A stretch of DNA of 64,000 nt. Source: Octopus vulgaris (taxonomy: Eukaryota). Location: assembly GCA_951406725.2 (NCBI GenBank), contig OX597814.1:208010001-208074000 (forward strand), read 5' to 3'. A program made the translations under genes and the position numbers. How positions within the stretch are numbered: position 1 is the first letter of the stretch; each line of letters starts with the position of its first letter. The notes beneath the pieces are model-generated. The model did not search any database, had not been told where the DNA came from, and saw only the letters and a program-made list of their open reading frames with translations. This document shows positions 26,901 through 40,400 of the stretch, in pieces.

Positions 26901-27478
26901 TTGTTGTTGTCGTCATCATTGTCGTCATCGTCGTCATCATCATTGTCGTTGTCATCGTCATTGTTGTTGTTGTCGTCATTGTCGTCATCGTCATCATTGA
27001 CGTCATCGTCGTCATCATCATTGTTGTTGTCGTCATCATCGTCGTCATCATCATTGTCGTTGTCATCGTCATCATCATTGACGTTGTCGTCGTCATAGTC
27101 ATTGTCGTCATCATCGTCATCATCATTGTTGTTGTCGTCGTCATTGTCATTGTCGTCATCGTCGTCATCATCATTGTCGTTGTCGTCGTCATTGTCGTTG
27201 TCGTCATCGTCGTCATCATCATTGTCGTTGTCGTCGTCATTGTCGTTGTCGTCATCATCATTGTTGTTGTCATCATCATTGTCGTCATTGCCGTCATCGT
27301 CGTCACTGTCGTCATCGTCATCATCGTTGCCACTGCCACCGCCGTCGTCATCTGCTTCCCAACCACATAGTTTCAGGTTCAATCACTCTGGGCAAGCATC
27401 TTCGACTACAACCTAAATCTTATGACTAAATTTGGTAAATGGAAACTGAAAGAAGCTCACTGAGTGTGTGTGTATAGA

Positions 27479-27516
<38 letters not shown>

Positions 27517-28445
27517 TGTGTGTGTATACATGTGTCTCTTTGTCTTAACATCATGTGGCTGTTGTCAATGAATGTCATTCATTTCCAATATTCTGCAAAG
27601 ACACATTTGACTATGAAGAAGTATTATCTTGCTTGGAAACAGGTAAATGTTGGCAATAGAAAGGACATCTGACTGTAGAAAATTTTCCGCAATAGATTCC
27701 TCCAACCCATGCAGACATGGAAAAGTGGACATTAAAATAACAATGATGCCTTACAGTATTTAGTCACATTCCTACCTTATGTTTGTACTGTGGTCAATTT
27801 TGTCCTTTCGAGTAGTGGAATCAATATAATCAATTATACCTTGTCCCCATCAAATTAAGTAATATCTCACCTTATCTAAATGTTCATATGCATTCTGACA
27901 AGTGTAGAAAAATGGAGATATCTGATGAAAAGCTTCACGGAATTTGTGTTGTTTTACATCAAATGCTGCTGTTTTTCTGCGTATATTGTTAACTTCAGCT
28001 GCTTGAAGTGGTGCCACCTGTTGTTTGACTGTGATTGCTATTTTCTTTGTGTTATTCCATCTTTCAGGTAATTCCTGTTTAGCAAACAAAATTAAAATAA
28101 ATAAAGACAGAAAAAAATTGCCAATGAAAACAACAAAGAGAAGTTTGAGTCAATGAGAAAGCTTCTACATGGTTATTCAACCTGCTAGAAATAGTAGTGA
28201 AATCTGCTTCAAATGATATTCTGTAATCTTAAAGAAATTGACACACTGGGTAATGTAGTCTCAGTTTACCTGAAATAAAATGGGACAGTCATTATACTAC
28301 ACTCTTGAAGTGGTTGGCGTTAGGAAGGGCATCCAGCTGTAGAAACTCTGCCAGATCAAGATTGGAGTCTGGTACAGCCATCTGGTTCGCCAGCCCTCAG
28401 TCAAATCGTCCAACTCATGCTAGCATGGAAAGCAGACGTTAAACA

Positions 28446-28481
<36 letters not shown>

Positions 28482-31400
28482 ACCAAACTGCCTGTGAAAT
28501 CATAAATCTACTTGATCAGGGCCAGGGCCAACTCGGGGTTAAACAACAAAGATGAGCTAACAACAACAATGTTATTATGACTTATGATGGTAGTTTCTTC
28601 ATGTAGTCCAAGAAAGATGGTTCTGCAATTTCTTGCCAAACAATCAGCACAAATGATTGGTTTATAGTGACCAAATGTATGTACTGCACATTAGCTCAAT
28701 CCTGCCATCAAATTGATGTTGGCTGAACCACATCGCAGTGTACCATATCTCAGGTGTAGTGGAGGCACATGGCCTAGTGATCAGAGCAGCGGACTCGTAG
28801 TCAAGGGATCGCAGGTTCGAATCTCAGACCGGGCGATGTGTGTCTTTATGAGTGAAACACCTAAGCTCCACGTGGCTCCAGCAGATGGTAATGGCGAACT
28901 TCTGCTGACTCTTTCGCCACAACTTTCTCTCATTCTTTCCTCCTGCATCTTGCAGCTCACCTGCGATGGACTGGCATCCCATCCATCCAGGTGGGGAACC
29001 TCTACTATGCCAAGGAAATCGGGAAGCCGGCCCTTATGAGCCAGGCATGGCTTGAGAAGGAACAAACAACAAAATATCTCAGGTGTGGAAGTGACCTGAG
29101 ATATTTTTGCTCAAAAACACAATGCACTAGCCAGTCCAGGAATTGAAACCATGATCTCACAATTGTTAGTTCAACACTCTAACCACTAGGTCATGCACCT
29201 TCATTATGGCTTATAGCAGTGTACTGGAGGGCCAGCAATTCAGATATGAGTGCCATAGCTAAGGACATTATATAACACTAGTGACAGGATATACTCTCCT
29301 TTTACTCTTTTACTTGTTTCAGTCATTTGACTGCAGCCATGCTGGAGCACCACCTTTAGTCGAGCAAATCGACCCCGGGACTAATTCTTTCTAAGCCCAG
29401 TACTTATTCTATTGGTCTCTTTTGCCGAACCGCTAAGTGACGGGGACGTAAACACACCAGTATCAGTTGTCAAGCAATGCTAGGGGGACAAACACAGACA
29501 CACAAACATATACACACACACACACATATATATATACATATATACGATGGACTTCTTTCAGTTTCCGTCTACCAAATCCACTCACAAGGTATTGGTCGGC
29601 CCGGGGCTATAGCAGAAGACACTTGCCCAAGATGCCACGCAGTGGGACTGAACCCGGAACCATGAGGGTTGGTTAGCAAGCTACTTACCACACAGCCACT
29701 CCTGCGCCTTTATATGAAACACTTTATCATTGGCTGGTGGTCCAGTCATAATCATGTTGGTCACCCCCATTTTCTTCCAAGTAATTACTCACCTCTAGCT
29801 GAATGTGAACCTCCTCTGGCATTTCTTGGTTATATATCTTCAATAACTCAATTGTCTGCTTCAAAGGTTCAAACATCTCATCTGTGGCAGCTAGCCTTTC
29901 ACGCACAGCACCAAGGTTCCCCATGATAGTTACAAGTCCATCGTAATCACCTTCTTCAACGGTCTTGGTCAGTCCTTCATTAGCTGATTTGATGAATTCA
30001 GACAAGTCTGCCAAACTGAGGATGAAATGAAAACATTAAGATGAAAAAATGTCCTACAACATGCTTTTCATAAGAAAGAAACACTTGGTAGAGTGAGAGA
30101 AAATTCAATTCCACTTAGAAGCAAAGATATAATTTTCATGAATTTGTTTCTATTAATTCTTTTTAGTCAAACAAGAAATACTCATGGAGAAGTTAAGTTA
30201 CTGCAACTTTGGAAGCACTCCGTCGGTTACGACGATGAGGGTTCCGGTTGATCCGAATCAACGGAACAGCCTGCTCGTGAAATTAACGTGTAAGTGGCTG
30301 AGCACTCCACAGACACGTGCACCCTTAACGTAGTTCTCGGGGATATTCAGCGTGACACAGAGAGTGACAAGGCCGGCCCCTTGAAATACAGGTACAACAG
30401 AAACAGGAAGTAAGAGTGAGAGAAAGTTGTGGTGAAAGAGTACAGCAGGGATCACCACCATCCCCTGCCGGAGCCTCGAGGAGCTTTTAGGTGTTTTCGC
30501 TCAATAAACACTCACAACGCCCGGTCTGGGAATTGAAACCGCGATCCTATGACTGCGAGTCCGCTGCCCTAACCACTGGGCCATTGCGCCTCCAGTTACT
30601 GCAACTATTGTTTGTATGGTTATAGGCTCAAATGTTACAACTATAGTCAGACCCTAAGCAAGGCACAACACCCTGAATGCTTTGCCAACAGTGAAAGAAG
30701 AGAAAAAAAACGACAGAAGCTGAGAAGGGGGGAGGACAGAGAGAGAGGGTGGAGAGAGAGAAATGGAAGATAATAGCTGTAATAGTTGGTAACAATCGAG
30801 GTTTTTGAGGTAATTGTGATCCATTGAATGTTAAACATACAATGAAAGAGTTTAAGGGAGATGAGAGAGTGGTTAAACATGAAAGACAACAGCCAATGAA
30901 TAGAGAATATATGACTGTACTGATATGAATATGCAATGTAAATGGACAAAGAATGTTGGGTTAAAAAGTGTTTGTTCTCTCAGTGAAAAATGTCCTTGTT
31001 GAAGAATGTCAATACTGGATCTCACTGATAACATGAGGGTATAGTCATAGCTGAAATGCTTTTGAACATAGAACTATGCTGTTGTTAGCAATAATAAATC
31101 TCTGAACGAGATATAAACAGTAACTGCACGACAATGTGAGGTATACTTGCCATCTCAATATGGCTAACCACTAAGGGTGGGTGTTACTGTAGCTTGTAGC
31201 CCCAGGAGAACATTGTCTCCAGCTGGATTTAGGTACACTTTCTGTGCCCTTATGGTATTTGCAAAGGGTTGACGAGGGAAGGATGACCTCCCTTTGCAAA
31301 TACCATAAGGGCACAGAAAGTGTGCCTAAAGCCAGCTAGAGACGATGTTCTCCTGGGGCTACAAGCTACAGTAACACCCACCCTTAGTGATTAGCCATAT

Positions 31401-34400
31401 TGAGATGGCAAGTATACCTCACATATGCTGTTGTTGTTTTGCATTAACACTCACATCTTATCCACCATTTCTCCCACTGACATCGTTTGATGTCTGGCAT
31501 CTGCTGCAGATGCACTGAAATATGATTGGGTCACAAAAACCAGCTTCACCATCCGCTCCATCACTGCACTGGTAAACCCTGTTAACCCTGCCAACCTCCT
31601 GATCTTGCTCACATAATCATTGACCAGCTTGCCTGTCCACCTTGTTCTCCTGATCTTGCTGTAGGCTCTAAACACCACTCCCACGTATGCTCTTCAGTTT
31701 TCTCTGCTTTCACCTGGTCCACTTTGTTTATTTCTTTGTAGGGATTTAGCACCCTACCTTCTAAGCGCAGCAGCATAAGGCTAGCCACATCTTCAGTACC
31801 CTGCAGCACCACCAGAAGTCTCTCTTTTTGTATCCAGGCCACCACATCACCTTCCCCAGCAAACAGTCTTGTAACAGGATGAAAGGTCTGTAACACTTGA
31901 GGGGAGCAGGTCTCATCCCTTACATTAAATTATTTGTCGAAGTAAAACCAAAACTTTGAATATCTTCAACAGCATAAATAATATTTATTCCCTGGATTCA
32001 CTAATAATATACATATATTTCCTTCAGGGCAAACCGGTAGCCAGGGGCCATGGGAGCTAGACACAGTAGTTAAAATAGTGTGAGCCAACAACAACAACAA
32101 CAACAGCAACAGCAGCAGCAGCAACATAACACATCACATTACAATACAGTGTAGCACACTATAAACATTGAATCCACGAAAAAGAGACAGGATTGTCACT
32201 GCTAGAATAGCTTTGAACCTAGATTTTCTGGGTCAGAGCCAACTTGGGCCTAAAGAACAACATATCTCTGTCTGTCTGTCTATCTCTCTCCCTCTCTCTC
32301 ACACACACAGGATAAAAATTATAGAAATTACTAACACTTCCACAAGATTTACAGCACATGTAGAAGACATACTTAAAGAAAGATAAAAGATGCACTAACA
32401 TAGAGCATTAACCCTTTCTTTACCATATTCATTTTGAGATGTTCTGTGTTTCTTTCAATTACTTTAAATATAACAAAGAATTTAGTAAAATAACTTGGTT
32501 ATCATTCAGCTTGTATTAGGAACATAAATTGTGACTAAGGTTTGGTGGAAGATTTTAATTGAAACCTTAAGAAAACAAGACATTTGTACAACAGAGCCAG
32601 AGCCGGTTTCAGCCGGGTTGGTAACAAAAGGGTTAAACACACAAAGCTCAAAAGATGTCCAAACACAACATAAACTCTTAAAGCTCACAGAGGCCCATAC
32701 ACTAACCACAATAACAACAACAACCGGTATTAATAAAATGATCTGATATATTTACCTATTAGTCACATGATCAATTAAGTGTTGTTTAAACATGTAGCTC
32801 CATCTCTTAATAATGTTTAACAAAGCTTGTTTGAATGGACTGGCATCAACACGAAACCATGATTCAAAAACTGAAGTCTTCTGGATTGTCTCTGCCACAT
32901 CATAGATCTTCTCGTAGGTATCAATCTGTTTGGAAATGATTGAAAAATGAAAATAAGTCATAGCAAAGATTAGCACCATCCGAATCATGGCCAATGCCAG
33001 CACCGCCTCGACTGGCTTCCGTGCAGGTGGCACATAAAATGCACCAATCCAACCGTGGCCGATGCCAGCCTCGCCTGGCACCAGTGCAGGTGGCACGTAA
33101 AAAGCACCCACTACACTCACAGAGTGGTTGGCGTTAGGAAGGGCATCCAGCTGTAGAAACATTGCCAGATAAGACCGGAGCCCGGTGCAGCCTTCTGGCT
33201 TCCCAGATCCCCGGTCGCACCGTCCAACCCATGCTAGCATGGAAAACGGACGTTAAACATTGATGATGATGATGATGATGAATTTTATTTTTAAAAAAGT
33301 TAATCTTATAGAAATTTCAGTTTTAGTTTATTTGTATTATATTATTATAATGGCAATTGATGGTAGCATCAGAAAAATTTCCTTTCAAGATTTGTTCCAC
33401 ACATAGAGATCAAGGCTGTTTCCTGCACCAGCTTCACATAAGAAGCCCCAGCCCATCCAAAGTACCTTGGATCGCAGGATGGCATGCTGTGCTTACCTTG
33501 GATCGTAGGGCGACCTGCTGTGCTTGAGGAGACCTATTGAGTCAAGTACATCAACATCAAAAAATCAAATGGAAATTGTAGTTGTGATACCTGTGCTGGT
33601 GACATGTAAAAAGCACTATCTGAACGTGGCCGATACCAGCGCCGCCTTGACTGGTTTCCATGCCAGTGGCACGTAAAAAGCACCAAACGATTGTGGCTGT
33701 TGCCAGCCTTCCCTGGCACCTGTGGTGGTGGCACATAAAAAGTACACACTACACTCACGGAGTGGTTGCCATTAGGAAGGGCATCCAGCTGTAGAAACAC
33801 TGCCAGATCAGACTGGAGCCTGGTGTAGCCTCCTGGCTTCCCAGACCCCGGTCAAACCATCCAACCCATGCTTGCATAGAAAGTGGACGTTAAACAACAA
33901 CGACGACGACGATGCCACCACTGACGACGATGATAGCAAATACTACAAGACATTTTGCCCACTAATCTACAGATTCTGACAAGTTGCAACCCTACTAAGT
34001 ACTTATCAAATATTTATATCAAAACAAAGTGTAAAAAGCACCCAGCACACTCTGTTAAGTGGTCGGCATTAGGAAGGGCATCCAGCTGTAGAAACCATGC
34101 CACAACAGACAGCTGGAATCTGGACAGCTCCCTGCTAGCCAGCTTCATGTCAAACCATCCAATCCATATCGGCATGGACAGTGGACATTAAACGATGATG
34201 ATGATGATAATGATGATGATGATGATTGTCTCTTTACCTGTTCTTTAAACTGGTCTAATGTTGGAGGGCATTCAGGCACTCCATCTTCAGCATGCGCCTC
34301 TATCTCTTCTGTGGTCAAGACGTGGTTATATAGAAGAAACTGACGCATAAATTCATTTCGGTCATCAACCCATAGATATGCATATGTGTCGAAGGAATTG

Positions 34401-37400
34401 CGATATTCACATGCTTTGTTCATGACAGTTTGTACACGTTCCATTAATTCATTTCGTTTATCATTGAGTTCATCCATTTCTTCTAAATCAGGCTACAAAT
34501 AAATAAATACATAAAAGTACACTGGAATATAGCTCATATATCCGAGGCAGTGACACTACTATACATACAAACACAAATATCTGAGACTCCATCCAAATAG
34601 AGAGCTATTCAGCTGATTAGTAATGAATCACTCACCAGCAAGCTGTTTGGAAAGAGGACATTTTCAGCGATTAGTAAAAAGTAAACTGTTGCTACTTGAT
34701 TGGAGTGGTTATAAATCCACCATGTTTTGTGTGGTGGTTGCATGGATAATTTGTGAGAAAAGAATACTATGTTACAGTATGAGTCAAAAATTCCAGACAT
34801 TCTCCTCTATCACCAATACTGCTCAACACTGCTAAAGGAAGTGATGCTGTAGGAAGGTTACAAAATCATTACAACTTTCAGTTGACAACTGATGAGGGGA
34901 AACAGCCAGTACATACTGTAAAGTGGTTGGTGTTAAGAAGAGCATTCAGTTTTAAAAACCATAGCAAAGCAGACACTGGAGCATGTTTTTCACTAAATTA
35001 CACAATTTCTTGATTATTTTCAAAAGTAATTGAAATACATAGACACTGTATCATAAAAATTGCATTTTGTTAGAAGGGTTATTAAAAAATTATTTTGCTA
35101 GTAAGTTCTGACCAATAAATTAGTTAGGCGCAGGAGTGGCTGTGTGGTAAGTAGCTTGCTAACCAACCACATGTTTCCGGGTTCAGTCCCACTGCGCGGC
35201 ATCTTGGGCAAGTGTCTTCTGCTATAGCCCCGGGCCGACCAATGCCTTGTGAGTGGATTTGGTAGATGGAAACTGAAAGAAGCCCGTCGTATATATGTAT
35301 ATATATATATATATGTGTGTATGTTTGTGTGTCTGTGTTTGTCCCCCTAGCATTGCTTGACAACCGATACTGGTTTGTTTACGTCCCCGTCACTTAGCGG
35401 TTCGGCAAAAGAGACCGATAGAATAAGTACTGGGCTTACAAAGAATAAGTCCTGGGGTCGATTTGCTCGACTAAAGGTGGTGCTCCAGCATGGCCACAGT
35501 CAAATGACTGAAACAAGGAAAAGAGGAAAAGAGTAAAAAGAGAGTAGTTAAACAGAATATAAAACAAGATACGCAACCTGGTAATTTACTTGGTCACTGT
35601 GTTTTGCCAAGCGAAGAATTAGAGTAGCTTGTTTGTAGATGCTGCCAACCACACCATCAACCAGATCATAGAAACCATCTGCAGTTCCATAATCCAAAGA
35701 TGGAGAGAATACCATGTCAGGTTTACACAATTCTAATTGTGCTTGAAATAATGGTTCATGAGTTGAGTTTGATTCAGTGTTTTCTAGTAAAAATGTCAGG
35801 CTGGTATCAATAGTTCTAAAGAATCCATCCACAACTATGTCATCAACATAGTCAACATAAGCTTTCCAAACTTCTGAATTGGGATCTGCTTTAAAATAGT
35901 CAACATTTTCCTGAAAAAAATACAAAAGCTTTTTTCAAAATTCAGTATATTTTTATCCCCTATCTTTCCCAATCTTCAGTCCCCACACTCTCTCCATTCA
36001 CCTTGTGCCTTGTGGGTACACTTTGATATCTCATCACCACCATCTTTCCAATTCCACCCCAATTATTCCCACCCTTATATAATGCAGGATGGTCACAAAT
36101 CTCCTCTACAACAACAAACCTGTTTCTGTCTTTCCTATCATACTTTAATCTCTCAACATATGCCTGTTTCTTTACTACCCACAAGGAACTAAACACAGAA
36201 GGGACAAACAAGGACAGACATAGGTATTAAGTCGATTACATCGACCCCAGTGCGTAACTGGTACTTAATTTATCGACCCAGAAAGGATGAAAGGCAAAGT
36301 CGACCTCGGCGGAATTTGAACTCACAACATAATGCAGACGAAATACCGCTAAGCATTTCGCCCGGTGTGCTAATGTTTCTGCCAGCTCGCCGCCTTATAT
36401 CTCTCAACATATACCATAAGGCCACCACCCTGTCAACTATATTCCCACTTAGTCAAGGAAGCTCTTTAATCTTATAAATTACATAACAGCCTCACTAATA
36501 TTGATATCATAGAAGAAAGCACCCAGGACACTCTGTAAAGTGCTTGGTATCAGGAAGCGTATCAAGCCCTAAAAGCAATGCCAAAACTGAGTAACTGGAA
36601 CATGATGATGATGTTAATTTACCCAGGCCAACCAAGGCCTTTTGAGTTGTGTGTGTGTACATACACACACATACACACACACCCTTGTCTTTATGAAAAA
36701 TACATGTCTGGCCATGGGGAAATACTAACCTGCTTGAAAATAGGGGGAGGTTGGTGATAGGAAGGGCATCTGACCATAGAAAATCTGCCTCAATAAATTC
36801 TGTCCGACCTATACAAGCATGAAAAAGTGGACATTAAATGAAGATGAAAAAAATTATGATTTTTATTTTTACCTGTAACAATTTATGGATCTGATCACCT
36901 GCTTCTTCAATCTCTTTGTACCGTTTTCTCAATCGTTCTCCTCGATCGTCCAAATTTAATAATGACCCAAACTTATCATCTTTGCGTTCAAAGAGCGGTG
37001 TCTTGCTCCATGTTGCCATCAGTTGTTCGATCTTTTGAACATTATCCTTAGAGTTGTGCAAGCGAGATTCCAGATCATAAACCATGTTTTTAGTTTCTTC
37101 GATGTATTCCCAAATACCTATTGGTACAAATAAATGAATAGAATAGGTAAAAATTATCCAATTTCTAAATTTTATTTTCCTGTTAACATTGTGAATAAGT
37201 CAACCATTGTTTTATTTATTTCACAGCTGAGACAGTGGAGGGTCAGGCAAAATGTCTTAGAGTAAGGTATAATCCAGAATCCAAGTTCAATTCTTGCCTT
37301 TTTTTAAAAGTGGGAAGAGAGAGAAAGTAGTATGCTGCTGATTTTTGAAAATATAATATAGTATATGATATAATATAATATAATATAATATAATATAATA

Positions 37401-40400
37401 AAATATAATATAATATAATATGATACAATATAATATGATACAATATGATATGATATGATACGATACGATATATATGATATATGGTATGGTATGGTATGGT
37501 ATGGAATGATATGATATGATAGATGATATGATACGATATGATATGATATGATATTATATGTGATATGATATATGATATGATATGATATGATATATGATAT
37601 GATGTATGGTATGGTATGGTATGATATGATATGATATGATATATGATATGGTATGATATGATATGATTAAATATAATACAAAATAATAATATAATATAAT
37701 ATAATATCTCTCTCTATATAAACGGCAGTTTGTCTGTGCGTGTTTCTGTGTGTCTGTTTGCTTGTACCCTCACCCTGACCACGGCTTTCAACCGATTCTG
37801 ATGAAACTTGACACACACATAGCCCAATGTCATAATTCAAAACTAACGCAGCGAAAATTTTGAAAAGTTCCCCCAGTTCTGAAAAAAATCGATAAATTCG
37901 ACATGGGGTCGAGAATCAGGAACACAAACCACAAATTGTGTAGGGGACGCAACTCCACCTTTTTTAACTATCAAAAAAAAATTTACCATAATTTTTTTCC
38001 ATTTTTTTGCTATTTTTTGGCTATAACTCTTTAAAAATGCTTTATAGTTATTTCCCTTACAAACCCGAGCAACGCCGGGCGATACTGCTAGTATAATATA
38101 AATAAAAATATGTTTTAGAAAAGTCATGCTGATGCATAAATATCTTGAAAACATTTTGTCTTTTATCTTTTACTTGTTTCAGTAATTTGATTGTGGCCAT
38201 GCTGGAATACTACACTGAAGGGCTGAATCAAACAAATTGAGAGCAATATTAATTTTTTTAAGGCTGGCATTTATAATGTCAGACTCTTTTGCTGAGCCAC
38301 TAAGTTACGGAGATATAACCAAACAAACACCAATCGACAAGCAGTAGGGCAAACAAACACAAACACACACATATATATACAACAGGCTTCCACACAATCT
38401 CCATCATCTAAATTCCCCTCATAAGGCTTTTGTTGACCTGAGGCTAGGGGTTCAACCTGATGCTTTGAGCTTGAAGGCAAAACCACAGGAATGCAAAACA
38501 AACTCCTTAACCACTCAACTATACCTGGACCCTATATTGATGTTATTTAACCCTGGGTCTTCCAAGATCAAGCAAACCATTCTGTCATTTTGTATAATGG
38601 ACTACAGAAACATTCACAACAACAACAGCAACAACGACCACTGTCTATTAACCTTACTAACTTCATCCAGTTATCCTTCATCCTCCATTCTGCAAGGATA
38701 TTAGAAAGCTTACCCATACCTAAATATAAAACCTTACCCTTACATCATCATCATCATTGTTTAACGTCTGCTTTCTATGCTGGCTTGGGTTAGCTGGTTT
38801 GACTGAAAACTGGTAAGCCGGCAGGCTGCACCAGGCTCCAATCTGATTTGGCAAGGTTTCTATGGCTGAATGCCCCTCCTAACACCAACCACCCCAAGAG
38901 TGTAGTGGGTGCCTTTTATGTGTCACAGACACAGGTGCCATTGACCTGACACCATCATCGGCCCTGAATATGGTCTCACGAATATGGTCTAACAAGCATG
39001 GTATATTGCCAAGGGTCTTGTTCACTTGTTACTGCCTCTATGAGACCCAACACTTGAATGGTGCTTTTTACATGCCACTGGCACAGGTACCACTCAGATG
39101 GCGCTGGCATTGGCCACAACTACAATTTCATTGGTTTAACAGGTCTTCACAAGTACAGCATATCGCCCTACGATTGAAGGGTGCTTTTAAAGGGCCAGTT
39201 ATGTGACACTAGCATTGGCCACAGCTATGATCTCACTCAGTTCAACAAGTCTTCACAAGCACAACATATCACCTAACAAATGAAGGGTGCTTTTAAGGGG
39301 CCAGTTAAACAACACTGGCATCGGCCACTTAACTAAATATTAAAAGCAACAACAAGCTAAATACTGTCACAAACACAACTGTGATATTGTTTTAAGCTTA
39401 TTATTGTCATACATCAGGCACAGGTATTTCTGTGTGGTAATGAAACTTGCTTTGCAACCACAAGACTCTGGGTTCAGTCCTACTGTGCAGCACCTGGGGT
39501 AAATGTCATCTACTTTTGCCCCAGGTCAACCAATGCCTTGCAAATAAATTTGGTAAGTGGAAACTGTGTGGAAGCCTGTCATGTGTGTGTGTGTGTGATC
39601 ATGTCTGGCTTTGTCCCTACCATTGTTTGACAGCTAACTGGTGTTGGTTTTATTATATCCTGAACTTAATGGTTTGGCAAAAAAAAAACTGATAGAACAA
39701 GTACTAGATATTAAAAAAGTAAGTAATATGGTCAATCTGTTTCTCTGCAACCCTTCAAAGTGGTGATCTAGCATGGCCATATTCTAATGACTAAAATAAA
39801 TAAAAGACAGAAGATACTAATTATTGTTTTGATTAATTGTGTTGTCATATCTCTCTCTATATAAAGCTGAAGTTGTCTGTGTGTGACAGGTTTGGTAGCC
39901 TTCAACTAACACTATCTCCTCCGAGACCCTGCGGCGCAAGTTGATCAAAATTGAGAGTATGATAGAAGAAGGCTTGCTCTTCCTTCCGTAGAAGAAAAAA
40001 TTTAAATTGGACCATGTTAATACCAAAAATTATTTACATCAAAAAGCTGCTTTTTTTTTTTCTATGAAAATCCCTATTTTTTACGATTTTCTGACTGCTG
40101 TGTCGCCATTTTTTGGTGTATTTCAACCAGAAAAATGTTCACTCAAAGAGAATAACAAGCTACATAATGCAAACTTTTTACTTTTCAAAAATTCCAATTC
40201 TAAAGGGTTGAAACAAACCCGAGCAACGCCGGGCGATACTGCTAGTTTAAAGATAAAGAAAGAGAAATTTTGATCTTATCTTACCTGAACTATTCCAGTT
40301 CATAACTTTCTCAGCATTTTTCAATTTATGATCAATATCGTCAATTTGTTTTTCAATAAGAGGGAATTCTACCTCTATGATGGATGTTCTGATGTTGTTA

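Noticed and set aside
26410-27416. Long poly-T/M, poly-D/N and poly-S ORFs
   Set aside because: Products of a stop-free triplet repeat. The flanking dynein exons join in frame without them.
30630-30940. Second solo LTR
   Set aside because: It has a TGTTACA end and a short resemblance to the 21.1-kb LTR end, but I could not define the other terminus or a TSD.
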